Positions 27,121 to 35,851 of a stretch of 43,096 nt of DNA are shown one piece after another. Below the pieces are notes generated by a model. That model searched no databases and was not told the origin of the DNA. It saw nothing but the letters and a program-made list of their open reading frames with translations. Source of the stretch: Escherichia phage SonjaBuckley_Bas74; sequence record PQ850627.1. One strand, given 5' to 3'. Each line of letters begins with the position of its first letter. Within the stretch, counting starts at the first letter, position 1. The translations under genes were made by a program, and so were the position numbers.

Positions 27121-27805
27121 CTCTACATTCTCCTTCAGGCCACCTATTAGGAAAAGACGGTATATGTGAAACTTCTCTCGCCGCTTTTATTCTTTTAATG
27201 GTGGGACCTATCTCCGTAACCATTTCAATGAATGTAAACCGGTGTCCTCTGGTAAGATTACATGTCTGACAACAAGAAACGCAGTTAGATACTATGTGCC
27301 CGCTTGTATTATCTATGCGGTCTACCCCGACTTTTGTAGTGCTTCCGCAATAATGGCATGGCTGTGATATTAGTTTAATAACGCTTTCCAGTGTTAAATC
27401 GCAGATAAGCCCTTTTCCTGAATCTGCTCTTTTGTATCCTAACAAAAGCGCGTACGCCCGCGTCCTTTGGTCCTTATTCACCAGTTCCCTGCGTTGCTTG
27501 TTGAGACACTCCCGGCAATCTTTCCTGATATGAGAGCCATTACTTTTATTTCCTTTCCTGAAGTTTTCCTCTGTTAAAGGTTTTACCTCCCCACACTTTC
27601 TGCATTTAACAGGCTTCCCAGTGAAAACATACCAAGGGCTTTCTCGTCTGGATTTACCTTGTAATTTAAGTTTTTCGTCATACTTTTCCTTCCTGTTAGC
27701 ATTTACACACTCTTTACACCAGCGTTGCAGCCCGAGGCGCGTTGACTTTGAAAAATACTCTGTAGTCGCCGGTTTATCTTCGCCGCATCTTGAACACTTT
27801 TTCAT
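27110..27805 (-). CDS. HNH homing-type endonuclease
   Basis: Cys pairs CSRCG, CKEC, CRKCG, CREC plus CHYCG...GVDRIDN...H core; ATG at 27805 with GGAG SD (ORF track TTG start at 27817); inserted between polymerase terminator and nuclease genes. Confidence 0.7.
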   Translation of the reverse strand: MKKCSRCGEDKPATTEYFSKSTRLGLQRWCKECVNANRKEKYDEKLKLQGKSRRESPWYVFTGKPVKCRKCGEVKPLTEENFRKGNKSNGSHIRKDCRECLNKQRRELVNKDQRTRAYALLLGYKRADSGKGLICDLTLESVIKLISQPCHYCGSTTKVGVDRIDNTSGHIVSNCVSCCQTCNLTRGHRFTFIEMVTEIGPTIKRIKAAREVSHIPSFPNRWPEGECRDAK

Positions 27806-27815
27806 TAATAACTCC

Positions 27816-27850
27816 AAAAAAAAATACCGACATAGCCATTATATCGGTAT
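27816..27850 (-). terminator. intrinsic terminator after DNA polymerase gene (minus strand)
   Basis: ATACCGA/TCGGTAT stem followed on the minus strand by a run of nine T. Confidence 0.7.
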
Positions 27851-27882
27851 TTACATTTTCTACAACGTATTTCCTAAATCTA

Positions 27883-30063
27883 CTACTTGGCGTATCTGTA
27901 CATTTCGCTACCTTCTGCTACAAGAGGGAACCCCTCCGCCCATTCCGGTAATTCACACATCAACCGCTCAAGCTCTGCAACATTGTATTCCGGTAAATCA
28001 GGTGTCTCGCAGATAATCTCATCGTGTACGTGAAGTACAATCGGGTAGCCGTTTGCTTCTACGTTCAGCAGGGCATTAGCCAGCAAATCACGGCACAATG
28101 CCTGAGTGCAGTTTTCCACCAGTTTACCCGAGTAGGTGTACTGGAACCCCCACTGACGGGTTAGCTGATTTTCGCCCTGGTACTTAATGCGCACGTTAGT
28201 AGACACTTTTCCATCTTCGTCTGTTTCTTTCGACACGCTCAACCCGACGCCCGGATAAGACATAACGCGACCCGACGGCAACGTCATGCGCAACCACCAG
28301 CCGGCGACTTTGTTGCCGTTGTTGTCTGTCTCTACGTTGCGCGAAAACTTAACCCCCCTAGGCCCCGCGGTGAACTCTTTACCTGGATTGCGGATAGCGG
28401 CCATAGCTGCGTCTTCAATATCTCGCCAGAAAGCTACTGTTTCAGGGTGTGACTCTCGCCACATACGCTTGATAGCGTCACAGGTACGCCACACTTTCTT
28501 ATCAAGAATATACGATGGTCGGTCATCCTTCTCCCCGGGTCGCGGCGGTCGCTTGGCTTCCTGAATACGTGCCCATTCATAGCCGCGTGCAGTAGCCGCC
28601 CAGATGTGGTCCGGGAAAGTACCGTCCATTGTTTTTGACATATCAACAAGGTCAAGTCCGAGGTTCTTAGCAAACTGAACGAAAGCGCCAACACCACCAG
28701 CGTAGCCGAGGCCAAGCTCGCAGGCTTTACCAATCTGGCGCAAGTCTTTGCGTTCCTTCTTAATGTAATCCGGCTCCATGCCGAACATCTTACCCGCGGT
28801 TACACAGTAAATGTCCAGCCCGGCGCGGAACGTATCTAGCGCGGTTTCTTCGCCTGCCAGCCACGCAAGCCCCCGACCTTCAACGTTAGAGTAATCGGCG
28901 ACGACAAACTTTTTTCCGGCTTCCGGGATAATGCAGCTACGCACCGTCGATGCCGTTAGCTTAGCGACATCGAAACGGCGATGCGCGCGGCCCTTAAGTA
29001 ACGCTGAAATACCTTTATCCAGTTCATCATCGTGATAGTACCCACGCGCGAGGTTCTGCGGCTGAAATCCTTTACCGGCAAATCGTAATGTACGCTTGGC
29101 TCCGCCGTACTGAATGCAACCACGACGGCGGTCGTCCGACGAGCGCCCTAACAGCAGCGGGTTATATTTCGTTGACGCTGTGGACGCGGCCCCGAGGCGC
29201 ATTTCGATAATCGTGCGTGCGTCGTCCGGTAAATCATCATCCGCCAACAGGTCGTTAAGCGTAGACTTCTGCGCGTTGTGGATGCGGTGCGCTGGTGCAA
29301 GTTCACGCAGAATCGGCAGGAAGTCTTTACCAGTAAGCGAGCCGCCGTATTTGCGCTGTGCTTCTTCCTGTAGCTGGGCCTTGTGTTTTTCCACGGCTTC
29401 AATCGCGGCTTCCGCCAGCGTCACATCAACCTTAAACCCACGGTCGTTAATCAACTGGTCCAGTTCCAGTACACGGTCTTCGAACTCGGAGTTACCCCAA
29501 CGCGGCAGCTTATGGAAGACTTCACGCATCGCAGTGATGTCGCTCACGGCGTACCTGATGAACATCGCCCACTCGTCAGGGTGAGTTTCTGCGGTGTAGC
29601 GGCGGATTTTGTAGTTCTTCGGCGTCGGTTTAGAGAAACGCTTAATCAGAGCCTTGCCGCGTTTATCTTTCGCGTTGTCTGCAGACACGCCCAGCACTTC
29701 GCACAGCGCATCAAGAGAACCCGGCAGCGCGTGACGGAACGCCCAAATCATAGTATCAATGGTGTTACTTACCGGAATATCAAAGTCCCAGCAGTGTTTC
29801 ATGATTAGGCGATCGAAAAGTCCACCGTTGTGCCACACCATCTTGATGCGGCTGTTGGGCTTAACAAGGCGGCGCAGTGCGCGGTGTAAATCCCCCGGCA
29901 TGTCGCTGCCGTCGGTGCAATCCCATACCCGCACAGGTTCGTCGTCAAAAGCATATGTACAGATAAGCACTTCGGTTGACGGGTGTTCGGCGTAAGCGTA
30001 AGAACCGACTTTCTTCAAATCGGCTTCTGAGAATGTTTCAAAGTCTAAGAACAGGTAACTCAT
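27883..30063 (-). CDS. DNA polymerase I family (family A) with N-terminal 3'-5' exonuclease domain
   Basis: N-terminal FLDFETFS exonuclease motif; C-terminal RQIGKACELGLGYAGG and VLHVHDEIICE polymerase motifs; 726 aa. Confidence 0.85.
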   Translation of the reverse strand: MSYLFLDFETFSEADLKKVGSYAYAEHPSTEVLICTYAFDDEPVRVWDCTDGSDMPGDLHRALRRLVKPNSRIKMVWHNGGLFDRLIMKHCWDFDIPVSNTIDTMIWAFRHALPGSLDALCEVLGVSADNAKDKRGKALIKRFSKPTPKNYKIRRYTAETHPDEWAMFIRYAVSDITAMREVFHKLPRWGNSEFEDRVLELDQLINDRGFKVDVTLAEAAIEAVEKHKAQLQEEAQRKYGGSLTGKDFLPILRELAPAHRIHNAQKSTLNDLLADDDLPDDARTIIEMRLGAASTASTKYNPLLLGRSSDDRRRGCIQYGGAKRTLRFAGKGFQPQNLARGYYHDDELDKGISALLKGRAHRRFDVAKLTASTVRSCIIPEAGKKFVVADYSNVEGRGLAWLAGEETALDTFRAGLDIYCVTAGKMFGMEPDYIKKERKDLRQIGKACELGLGYAGGVGAFVQFAKNLGLDLVDMSKTMDGTFPDHIWAATARGYEWARIQEAKRPPRPGEKDDRPSYILDKKVWRTCDAIKRMWRESHPETVAFWRDIEDAAMAAIRNPGKEFTAGPRGVKFSRNVETDNNGNKVAGWWLRMTLPSGRVMSYPGVGLSVSKETDEDGKVSTNVRIKYQGENQLTRQWGFQYTYSGKLVENCTQALCRDLLANALLNVEANGYPIVLHVHDEIICETPDLPEYNVAELERLMCELPEWAEGFPLVAEGSEMYRYAK

Positions 30064-30077
30064 TATTTTTGACCCCT

Positions 30078-30108
30078 AGTAAAAAGGCCCAATGAAGGGC
30101 CTTAGTTA
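30078..30108 (-). terminator. intrinsic terminator after SSB gene (minus strand)
   Basis: AAGGCCC-N6-GGGCCTT hairpin followed on the minus strand by TTTTT. Confidence 0.65.
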
Positions 30109-30122
30109 AATTGATTCAGATA

Positions 30123-30749
30123 TTAGCGGCGGCGACGTTCGCGGCGCGGTGCTTCATCTTCTTCGTCGTCTTCCAGGTCATTGACGCTCGCAGCGACTTT
30201 AGAACCGCCGAACGCTTTGCCTTCGCCAACGTATTTAATCGCCAGCAGGTTAACGCCGAGGACTTTGTATTTCTGGCTGAACCAGATTTCAACGCTTACG
30301 TTAGCTAAGCATCCGCTGTAAACCTGTTCACCTTCAATCTGTTCGCCGTCTACGTTGAAGTCCTGCTCTACCTGAGTCTCACCTTTTTTAGAGGTTACAA
30401 TCAGCGGCTGTTTCTGTGCCTTCGCTTTGAAGTAGAAGCCTTCCGGGAAGTCTTCAAACGGATTGTCGCGCTCGGCAATGTCTTTAATCGCGCATTTATC
30501 CATGTGCTTACCTTCACCGTAGTTGGACTTCATCCATTTCTCGGCAGCGGCTGCGCCTAACGCTTCTTCAACTACAGCGTAAACGGTGTCGTAGAGTGCA
30601 TCGATTTGAGCATGGTCAGACGGCAGGATGATAGTCGCGCTGTACTGGCCTTTAGTGATTGAGCCATCATCGTTTTCACGGTCTTTTTCACGTTCAAATA
30701 CGTTAACCCAAGCAGTGTTTACTTTACGCAGATTCAGTTTAATACCCAT
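30123..30749 (-). CDS. single-stranded DNA-binding protein (DUF2815-like) with acidic C-terminal tail
   Basis: 208 aa; C-terminus DLEDDEEDEAPRRERRRR; located between DUF2800-like nuclease and polymerase; own promoter and terminator. Confidence 0.55.
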   Translation of the reverse strand: MGIKLNLRKVNTAWVNVFEREKDRENDDGSITKGQYSATIILPSDHAQIDALYDTVYAVVEEALGAAAAEKWMKSNYGEGKHMDKCAIKDIAERDNPFEDFPEGFYFKAKAQKQPLIVTSKKGETQVEQDFNVDGEQIEGEQVYSGCLANVSVEIWFSQKYKVLGVNLLAIKYVGEGKAFGGSKVAASVNDLEDDEEDEAPRRERRRR

Positions 30750-30808
30750 CTTAATTTCTCGCTTTTAAGTTTCGTTTACTCCGGGAAGCTGCCCGGTCAG
30801 TGATTAGA

Positions 30809-30837
30809 ACTATAATAGCTAACTATTCAGGTGTCAA
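30809..30837 (-). promoter_or_regulatory. promoter TTGACA-N17-TATAGT upstream of SSB gene
   Basis: Minus-strand reading TTGACACCTGAATAGTTAGCTATTATAGT; spacer contains AATAG-N5-CTATT inverted repeat. Confidence 0.55.
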
Positions 30838-31026
30838 ATAAAATTTCGCAATACGGACTATGTTCTCGAAATCATTCATATCAACGGGTTCGAATTCATC
30901 CTCCACATGGTTGTATCGCACCATCGTGCCGTTCAGGAACGTAAACGATTCCGAATGGATATAACCGCCCCAGCGCCATATCATCACAAAATCTTTATCT
31001 GTGGGCATTTCATTTACTTGAATCAT
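30823..31026 (-). CDS. hypothetical protein (67 aa)
   Basis: ATG at 31026 with GAGGAGGA SD, overlapping stop of upstream nuclease (ATGA). Confidence 0.45.
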   Translation of the reverse strand: MIQVNEMPTDKDFVMIWRWGGYIHSESFTFLNGTMVRYNHVEDEFEPVDMNDFENIVRIAKFYLTPE

Positions 31027-32264
31027 TCCAAATCCTCCTCTGTTACCTGATTCCACTCAGGACGTTTGTCGTCTGCCGTTGCGACACATGGTGCGCCTGG
31101 CTTACGGGTAATGAAGTCTTTCAGTTCTTCTTCCGGTATGACTTTAACAGCTTCGGTAGGTGACATGAGCACTTCTTTAGTCAGCTTGTCGCCGTAGAGT
31201 TCTGTTACTTTCTCCGCGTCTTTCCATGCACGATTACCCGGGCGGCCTTCAACCAACTTGTAACCATGAACTTTCTTACCTGAATGCAACGCGGCCGCCA
31301 TAGCTTTCTCAACCTTGTCGATGTGCTGGCGCAACAGCGGCAACTTCTCATACTCAGCTACGAGTTGCTCCGGCGTCAGTTCCAGCACAAAGTCGTCTTC
31401 CAGTTCTTCCGCCAGTACAGAATTAACCGTCTTTGTACGCGCAGCGCATTGTTCAGAGAACCGGCACCACTGACAACCATCTACCGATGGCTTGAAGTCC
31501 GACGCTTTCAGGTTCTTCTTGCCACGGAAATACGCATCAAGCGCTAACAGCGCGCGTTTCTGTGCGAACTTAGCGAACAGTTCCAGTCCTTCAACCGGGA
31601 TGTCCCACTCTGTCGCGCCCCCAGCGTAAGGCTGGAAGATGACCAGACGAACGGTTGTTATGTTATAACGTCTCTTGAGTCGACGATAAACACCGAGAGC
31701 GTAAAGCATAAGCTGCTTGTTTTCTTTCGCTTCGACGCGATGCCGCCCGGTTTTCAGGTCGCCGATAATGAGCATGTGCTCGTCGGTGTTTGCCAGTTCC
31801 TGGACAGCAACGAGGTCAGCGGTTCCGAACGTCTCAACGCCTTCATACCCCGGATGCAATACCTCAGTAAGATTGACACGCATTTCCAGCTTGGCGTAAG
31901 TCGCTACGTCTATAATCGCTTTGCAGTAGTCGGTGTACTTGCGCACCTGCTCAATCATGTCCGCCGTAATCAGTACCGCGCCTTTCATCGGGCTGATTAG
32001 CGCCTTAATCTGACCTTTGCCTTCATCCAGTACGTAAGCGCCGACTTCACGCTCCAACGGCAACGCAGTGCCGCGTATATAGGCGTTGAGATGGACCTCA
32101 GCTATGGTGTGCATGGCGGTCCCCGTAACGGCAGCTTTACCTGACGTGTTAGGAATATCTTTTTCACAGGCCAGTGATGCACTGCACGTCAGCCACTTCT
32201 TAGCACCTGACGGCGACAATAAGGCGTGCACATCATTATTGCCACCGCGTTCTTTTAGAATCAT
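31023..32264 (-). CDS. PD-(D/E)XK nuclease, Cas4/RecB-like (DUF2800-like)
   Basis: N-terminal LLSPSGAKKWLTCSAS; C-terminal cysteines CQWCRFSEQC typical of Cas4-like Fe-S nucleases; start likely ATG at 32264 (GGGAGA SD), ORF track GTG at 32279. Confidence 0.6.
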   Translation of the reverse strand: MILKERGGNNDVHALLSPSGAKKWLTCSASLACEKDIPNTSGKAAVTGTAMHTIAEVHLNAYIRGTALPLEREVGAYVLDEGKGQIKALISPMKGAVLITADMIEQVRKYTDYCKAIIDVATYAKLEMRVNLTEVLHPGYEGVETFGTADLVAVQELANTDEHMLIIGDLKTGRHRVEAKENKQLMLYALGVYRRLKRRYNITTVRLVIFQPYAGGATEWDIPVEGLELFAKFAQKRALLALDAYFRGKKNLKASDFKPSVDGCQWCRFSEQCAARTKTVNSVLAEELEDDFVLELTPEQLVAEYEKLPLLRQHIDKVEKAMAAALHSGKKVHGYKLVEGRPGNRAWKDAEKVTELYGDKLTKEVLMSPTEAVKVIPEEELKDFITRKPGAPCVATADDKRPEWNQVTEEDLE

Positions 32265-32533
32265 GCTCTGTTCTCCCACTGGTCAATTAAATGCCGTGTC
32301 TTGTGGTCGCAATGTAAGGCCCATCCATACATCGACTCGAAGACATAAAAGTCAGGCTTGGCGAAAGTTGTGCGCTTAATCTGTGACACGTGACGGCCTA
32401 TATCTTTAGGCCGTGGTACTTTTCCTAAGTACGCCATCTCTTCCATCTGGTGCGCACCGGACGGAGCACGCAATAGCCATAGCGCCTCTGTGTTATCCCG
32501 CCTGTCGACGGCTCGGTAGAGTTGGTAAATCAT
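32261..32533 (-). CDS. hypothetical protein (90 aa)
   Basis: ATG start; ATGA coupling to downstream nuclease gene. Confidence 0.5.
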   Translation of the reverse strand: MIYQLYRAVDRRDNTEALWLLRAPSGAHQMEEMAYLGKVPRPKDIGRHVSQIKRTTFAKPDFYVFESMYGWALHCDHKTRHLIDQWENRA

Positions 32534-32576
32534 AATTCCGACCCTCAGTTAAAGCGGCCCGAAGGCCGCGAGATAG

Positions 32577-33077
32577 TTATTCTTCTTCGAAATACTTGTT
32601 CTTGATTGCTGTCAGGCGTTCCAGGTATTCAGCCAGGTCTTCGTCTTTAATCGCTGCAATCTTCATTTTCTTACCTGTGAACTCTTCCAGCAGTTCATCA
32701 GAATCATCGCACGCGGCATCGCTCGGACCTTCGTTAATTGCATCGTCGATAGCCTGAATCTGGTCGCGCAGAGACTTATAGTCTACTTCTTCTTTCTCTT
32801 CTTCCGGCTCTGGCGTCGTTTCCTCTACTTTAGCTTTACGCGGCTTGCGTTTTGGCTTCTCTTCCTCCGCCGGTTTAGTGTCAACTACGTCTTCACCTTC
32901 AACCGGGATTTCTTTTGTTGCTTCTTCAGCGCACTCAGCTACCGCTTCTTTGGTGTACGATACCGTCTCTACTTCCAGCGGCGTGGCAACCTGAACAACT
33001 TGTTTCGCACTGTTCGCGGCAATCAGTTCGTGCGCAACTACGAAACGTTCCAGTAATACTAAGAATTTCTCTAACAT
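32577..33077 (-). CDS. highly acidic hypothetical protein, first gene of minus-strand early operon
   Basis: GAGGAGAG SD; 166 aa with long D/E-rich segments and a short basic patch KPKRKPRKAK; immediately downstream of TTGACA-N17-TATAGT promoter. Confidence 0.5.
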   Translation of the reverse strand: MLEKFLVLLERFVVAHELIAANSAKQVVQVATPLEVETVSYTKEAVAECAEEATKEIPVEGEDVVDTKPAEEEKPKRKPRKAKVEETTPEPEEEKEEVDYKSLRDQIQAIDDAINEGPSDAACDDSDELLEEFTGKKMKIAAIKDEDLAEYLERLTAIKNKYFEEE

Positions 33078-33108
33078 TTGTTTCTCTCCTCTCGTTTGGT
33101 ATGGGCTA

Positions 33109-33137
33109 ACTATAATAGCGAACTATTCACATGTCAA
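33109..33137 (-). promoter_or_regulatory. promoter TTGACA-N17-TATAGT for minus-strand early operon
   Basis: Minus-strand reading TTGACATGTGAATAGTTCGCTATTATAGT; differs at three positions from the 30809-30837 copy. Confidence 0.55.
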
Positions 33138-33176
33138 TGGGCTTTTCTAAAATAATTAATATGGTACTATTCACAT
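33122..33176 (+). promoter_or_regulatory. pair of 11-bp direct repeats ACTATTCACAT spaced 44 bp (operator candidates) with weak plus promoter for HTH gene
   Basis: Exact repeats at 33122-33132 and 33166-33176; second copy overlaps TACTAT -10-like hexamer 32 nt upstream of the regulator ATG. Confidence 0.4.
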
Positions 33177-33201
33177 ATCAACTGACTAAGGAGTAATTGA
33201 C

Positions 33202-33417
33202 ATGCAACCATCTGAACTAGGCATCCGTGTAGAACAACGCCGCAAAGAACTCGGCATCTCCCAGCGCCGTTTGGCGGCCCTGACCGGCGTTTCCCAGGGC
33301 GCGATTAACCAACTGGCACTTGGAGTAACTCAGGACGTCCGCCCGGCAACGCTGTTCAAACTGGCGGAAGTTCTGGAAGTAGACGCCAAGTGGCTGGCGT
33401 TAGGTGAAGGGGCTTAA
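33202..33417 (+). CDS. XRE/Cro-type helix-turn-helix transcriptional regulator
   Basis: 71 aa; LGISQRRLAALTGVSQGAINQL is a classic HTH; AAGGAG SD; lone plus-strand gene convergent with primase, followed by terminator. Confidence 0.7.
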   Translation: MQPSELGIRVEQRRKELGISQRRLAALTGVSQGAINQLALGVTQDVRPATLFKLAEVLEVDAKWLALGEGA

Positions 33418-33431
33418 AGCCCCTTTCTTTT
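33409..33431 (+). terminator. intrinsic terminator after HTH regulator gene
   Basis: GGGGC-TTAAA-GCCCC followed by TTTCTTTTT. Confidence 0.6.
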
Positions 33432-33434
33432 TAC

Positions 33435-35657
33435 CTATTCCAAATCCTCCTCTGTCACCACCAGCATCTCATTTGGTTCGTATAGTGTCTTCGGCCTTAA
33501 TCTATCCCCTATTCTTTCGGGTATACGATATGTTCTCGGTACTACTTCGCCGTTAGCATCGCAACCAAGCATTAGTTCTCCATCTTTCAACATTTTATCA
33601 AGATGGGTGTTAGTCACAGAGAAGTCACCGGAACGAGCCACTATCTGCTGCTGAGTAAAACCGCGACCTGTGTCATCTGACTGTTGCAGGTCTTCCAGTG
33701 CCGAAAGTATTGACTCCTTCCTTACTTCATCCCTGCCGCGTTTAACTTCTTCCTTTACTTTTTGCTTACCTTCTTTCGTCAACCCTTCTTCCCGCTCTTT
33801 CTCCTCGTCAGTTTTGAACGGCTCGAAACCCCACGGCATCAACACAAGCGCCTTGTGTGGTTCAGGAAGGTCCAGGTTTACGATTGTGCCGTATTCTTCT
33901 GTGCCCCCCAGGAACTCAACCGCACGGTACTCTTTCGGCGGCGGAGCTTCGCGGAACTGCACAGACTCCAGCACCATGCCAACCGTTTTCTGTTGAGGAC
34001 CGTGCTTAAATTTCGAGTGGTATACGTTTATTTGACGGTCGGTTGCACGTTCGATTGTCAGTTCCACGTCAACACCCGCATACAGCGCCCCACTGCCGCG
34101 TGCTTTCTTTCCACCCTTCGGCGTATGGTGGACAACGCCTACTGCGGCTTTAGTTGCATCGCGTACTTCTTTCAGAATGGCGATAACTTTACCCATGCCG
34201 ATTGCTGTTGATGAACTGTTCTCGTCGAACTTATCAATCGTCAGTGCCAGGGTCTGGTTAAGGGTGTCGAACGCAACCATGCCAATTGGCTCGTCGCCAG
34301 CAGTTTCGCGCATTAACTTAATCAGGCTTTTAAGTTTGCCGACTTCGCCCATATCGATGACGTGTACATAATCTTTACCTTCCCCGCCATATTTAGCCGC
34401 TAGTGCATCAATACGGGTGCGTGTAGCTGCGCCACCCTCACCATCAATATAGAAATGGTGGCAACGCTGGGTATCCGCCCCCGCAAACCTGTACCCGGCG
34501 GCGCTGAGGTACATCATCCCCAGCGTATAGAACGATTTGTACGTGCCAGATTCCCCGACGATATCCCAGATACAATCCGACGGCATGTACCCCTCAACGA
34601 CGAAATCAGCCTTTACCGGCTCCGGTAACTCGTCCTCCTCTGAGTCCTCGTCGTCTTCCAGGTCGTCGAGGCTGCAAGTTACTGGGTCCTCGTTCTCTGT
34701 GCGGTGTAGTTCTTCAATCTCTTCTTCCGGTAAATCAGGCAGAGCCGCACGAATGCTGTTAATGCTGATAGGTTGCTTATCTATGTTAAGCTCGTCGGGT
34801 AGGCCACACATACGCAGGGCCAAATGCTGCCTACGGTTAAGCTCGGTGCAAGCGCCGTTGTTTGTATGCTGGCAGACAAAGCGCACTTCTTTACCGTCGA
34901 GCATTATGCTGGTGGAGCCCTTGCCTGTATGCAGATGTTCGTTAGGGCATGGCACTTCGTACCCGCGCCCGGAAGATAAAGCGTCAAGGCCAAGCTCGGC
35001 TTCGCAGAAGTGTGCTATATCCGCGTTAAGCCCATGCTCATCAGCGGCAAGTGTTTTAGCCTCACGCTTACGCAACCCCATCTCTTCGGCTTTCTTGATG
35101 TACCGCTCAGCACGGATAACACGCCCTTCTGTAACCGTTATCTTCGACTCTTTATGCGGCAGGTAGATAAGGCGGTTGCCGTCTTCTGTGCAGTGGTCGC
35201 GCAACGCTTCGTCTATTTCTAACTCTGCACAAATAGCACGTTGCACCATCCACGCGTCGTTAGAGTTAAACGGCGTGCGAGCTGGAACCAGAACGCGGAA
35301 AGCGTAATCTCCATTTTTACATGCGTGCTGATGCGATGCCGTTGTGTGCAGAATATTGAAGAACGGCGCGTTCTTGAATTTGCGTGTCAGGTCGCGGTAC
35401 TGAGTACGGTTGAGATGGTCGAAATCGAACTTAACCACACTGTCTTCCAGGATAGCGTTTTTACGGCGACCACCAACAGGCGCAATAGCTTTCTGTTTAA
35501 TCTTGGCAGCGTCGTACTCTTCCTTAGTCCATGACGGGTCCACGGATAAACGCTTCGATGTATCGCAGACATACTCGACAAACTGCTCCAGCGGCATTTC
35601 ACGCGCTACAGGGTTTTTATCGAATGTGTTACGCAGCGTTGCAAAAACAATATTCAT
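33435..35657 (-). CDS. DNA primase-helicase (primase domain plus RecA-like ATPase)
   Basis: 740 aa; Walker A GESGTYKS; N-terminal region with Cys/His cluster; synteny with PolA, SSB and nuclease genes. Confidence 0.6.
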   Translation of the reverse strand: MNIVFATLRNTFDKNPVAREMPLEQFVEYVCDTSKRLSVDPSWTKEEYDAAKIKQKAIAPVGGRRKNAILEDSVVKFDFDHLNRTQYRDLTRKFKNAPFFNILHTTASHQHACKNGDYAFRVLVPARTPFNSNDAWMVQRAICAELEIDEALRDHCTEDGNRLIYLPHKESKITVTEGRVIRAERYIKKAEEMGLRKREAKTLAADEHGLNADIAHFCEAELGLDALSSGRGYEVPCPNEHLHTGKGSTSIMLDGKEVRFVCQHTNNGACTELNRRQHLALRMCGLPDELNIDKQPISINSIRAALPDLPEEEIEELHRTENEDPVTCSLDDLEDDEDSEEDELPEPVKADFVVEGYMPSDCIWDIVGESGTYKSFYTLGMMYLSAAGYRFAGADTQRCHHFYIDGEGGAATRTRIDALAAKYGGEGKDYVHVIDMGEVGKLKSLIKLMRETAGDEPIGMVAFDTLNQTLALTIDKFDENSSSTAIGMGKVIAILKEVRDATKAAVGVVHHTPKGGKKARGSGALYAGVDVELTIERATDRQINVYHSKFKHGPQQKTVGMVLESVQFREAPPPKEYRAVEFLGGTEEYGTIVNLDLPEPHKALVLMPWGFEPFKTDEEKEREEGLTKEGKQKVKEEVKRGRDEVRKESILSALEDLQQSDDTGRGFTQQQIVARSGDFSVTNTHLDKMLKDGELMLGCDANGEVVPRTYRIPERIGDRLRPKTLYEPNEMLVVTEEDLE

Positions 35658-35782
35658 TTCTTTTTCTCCGCACGTTCTAAGGCTTCCTGCATACGGCGCA
35701 TTGCGCGGTTCATCTTTACCGGCGCGAAGAAATCGGCGCCGTGTTTCTGTCGGCGCAGCTGTGGAACTATTAACTTCGTCAT
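35654..35782 (-). CDS. hypothetical small basic protein (42 aa)
   Basis: ATG with AAGGAT SD; stop overlaps primase start (ATGA). Confidence 0.35.
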   Translation of the reverse strand: MTKLIVPQLRRQKHGADFFAPVKMNRAMRRMQEALERAEKKK

Positions 35783-35851
35783 TGTATAATCCTTGTGCTT
35801 ACTTTGATGATTTGTGCTTTGGCCCCGACGTTCTTGCGTTGGGGTTTCTTT

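Noticed and set aside
34537-35166. 209-aa plus-strand ORF inside the primase-helicase region
   Set aside because: Serine-rich low-complexity frame antisense to a large gene with clear Walker A motif; no SD.
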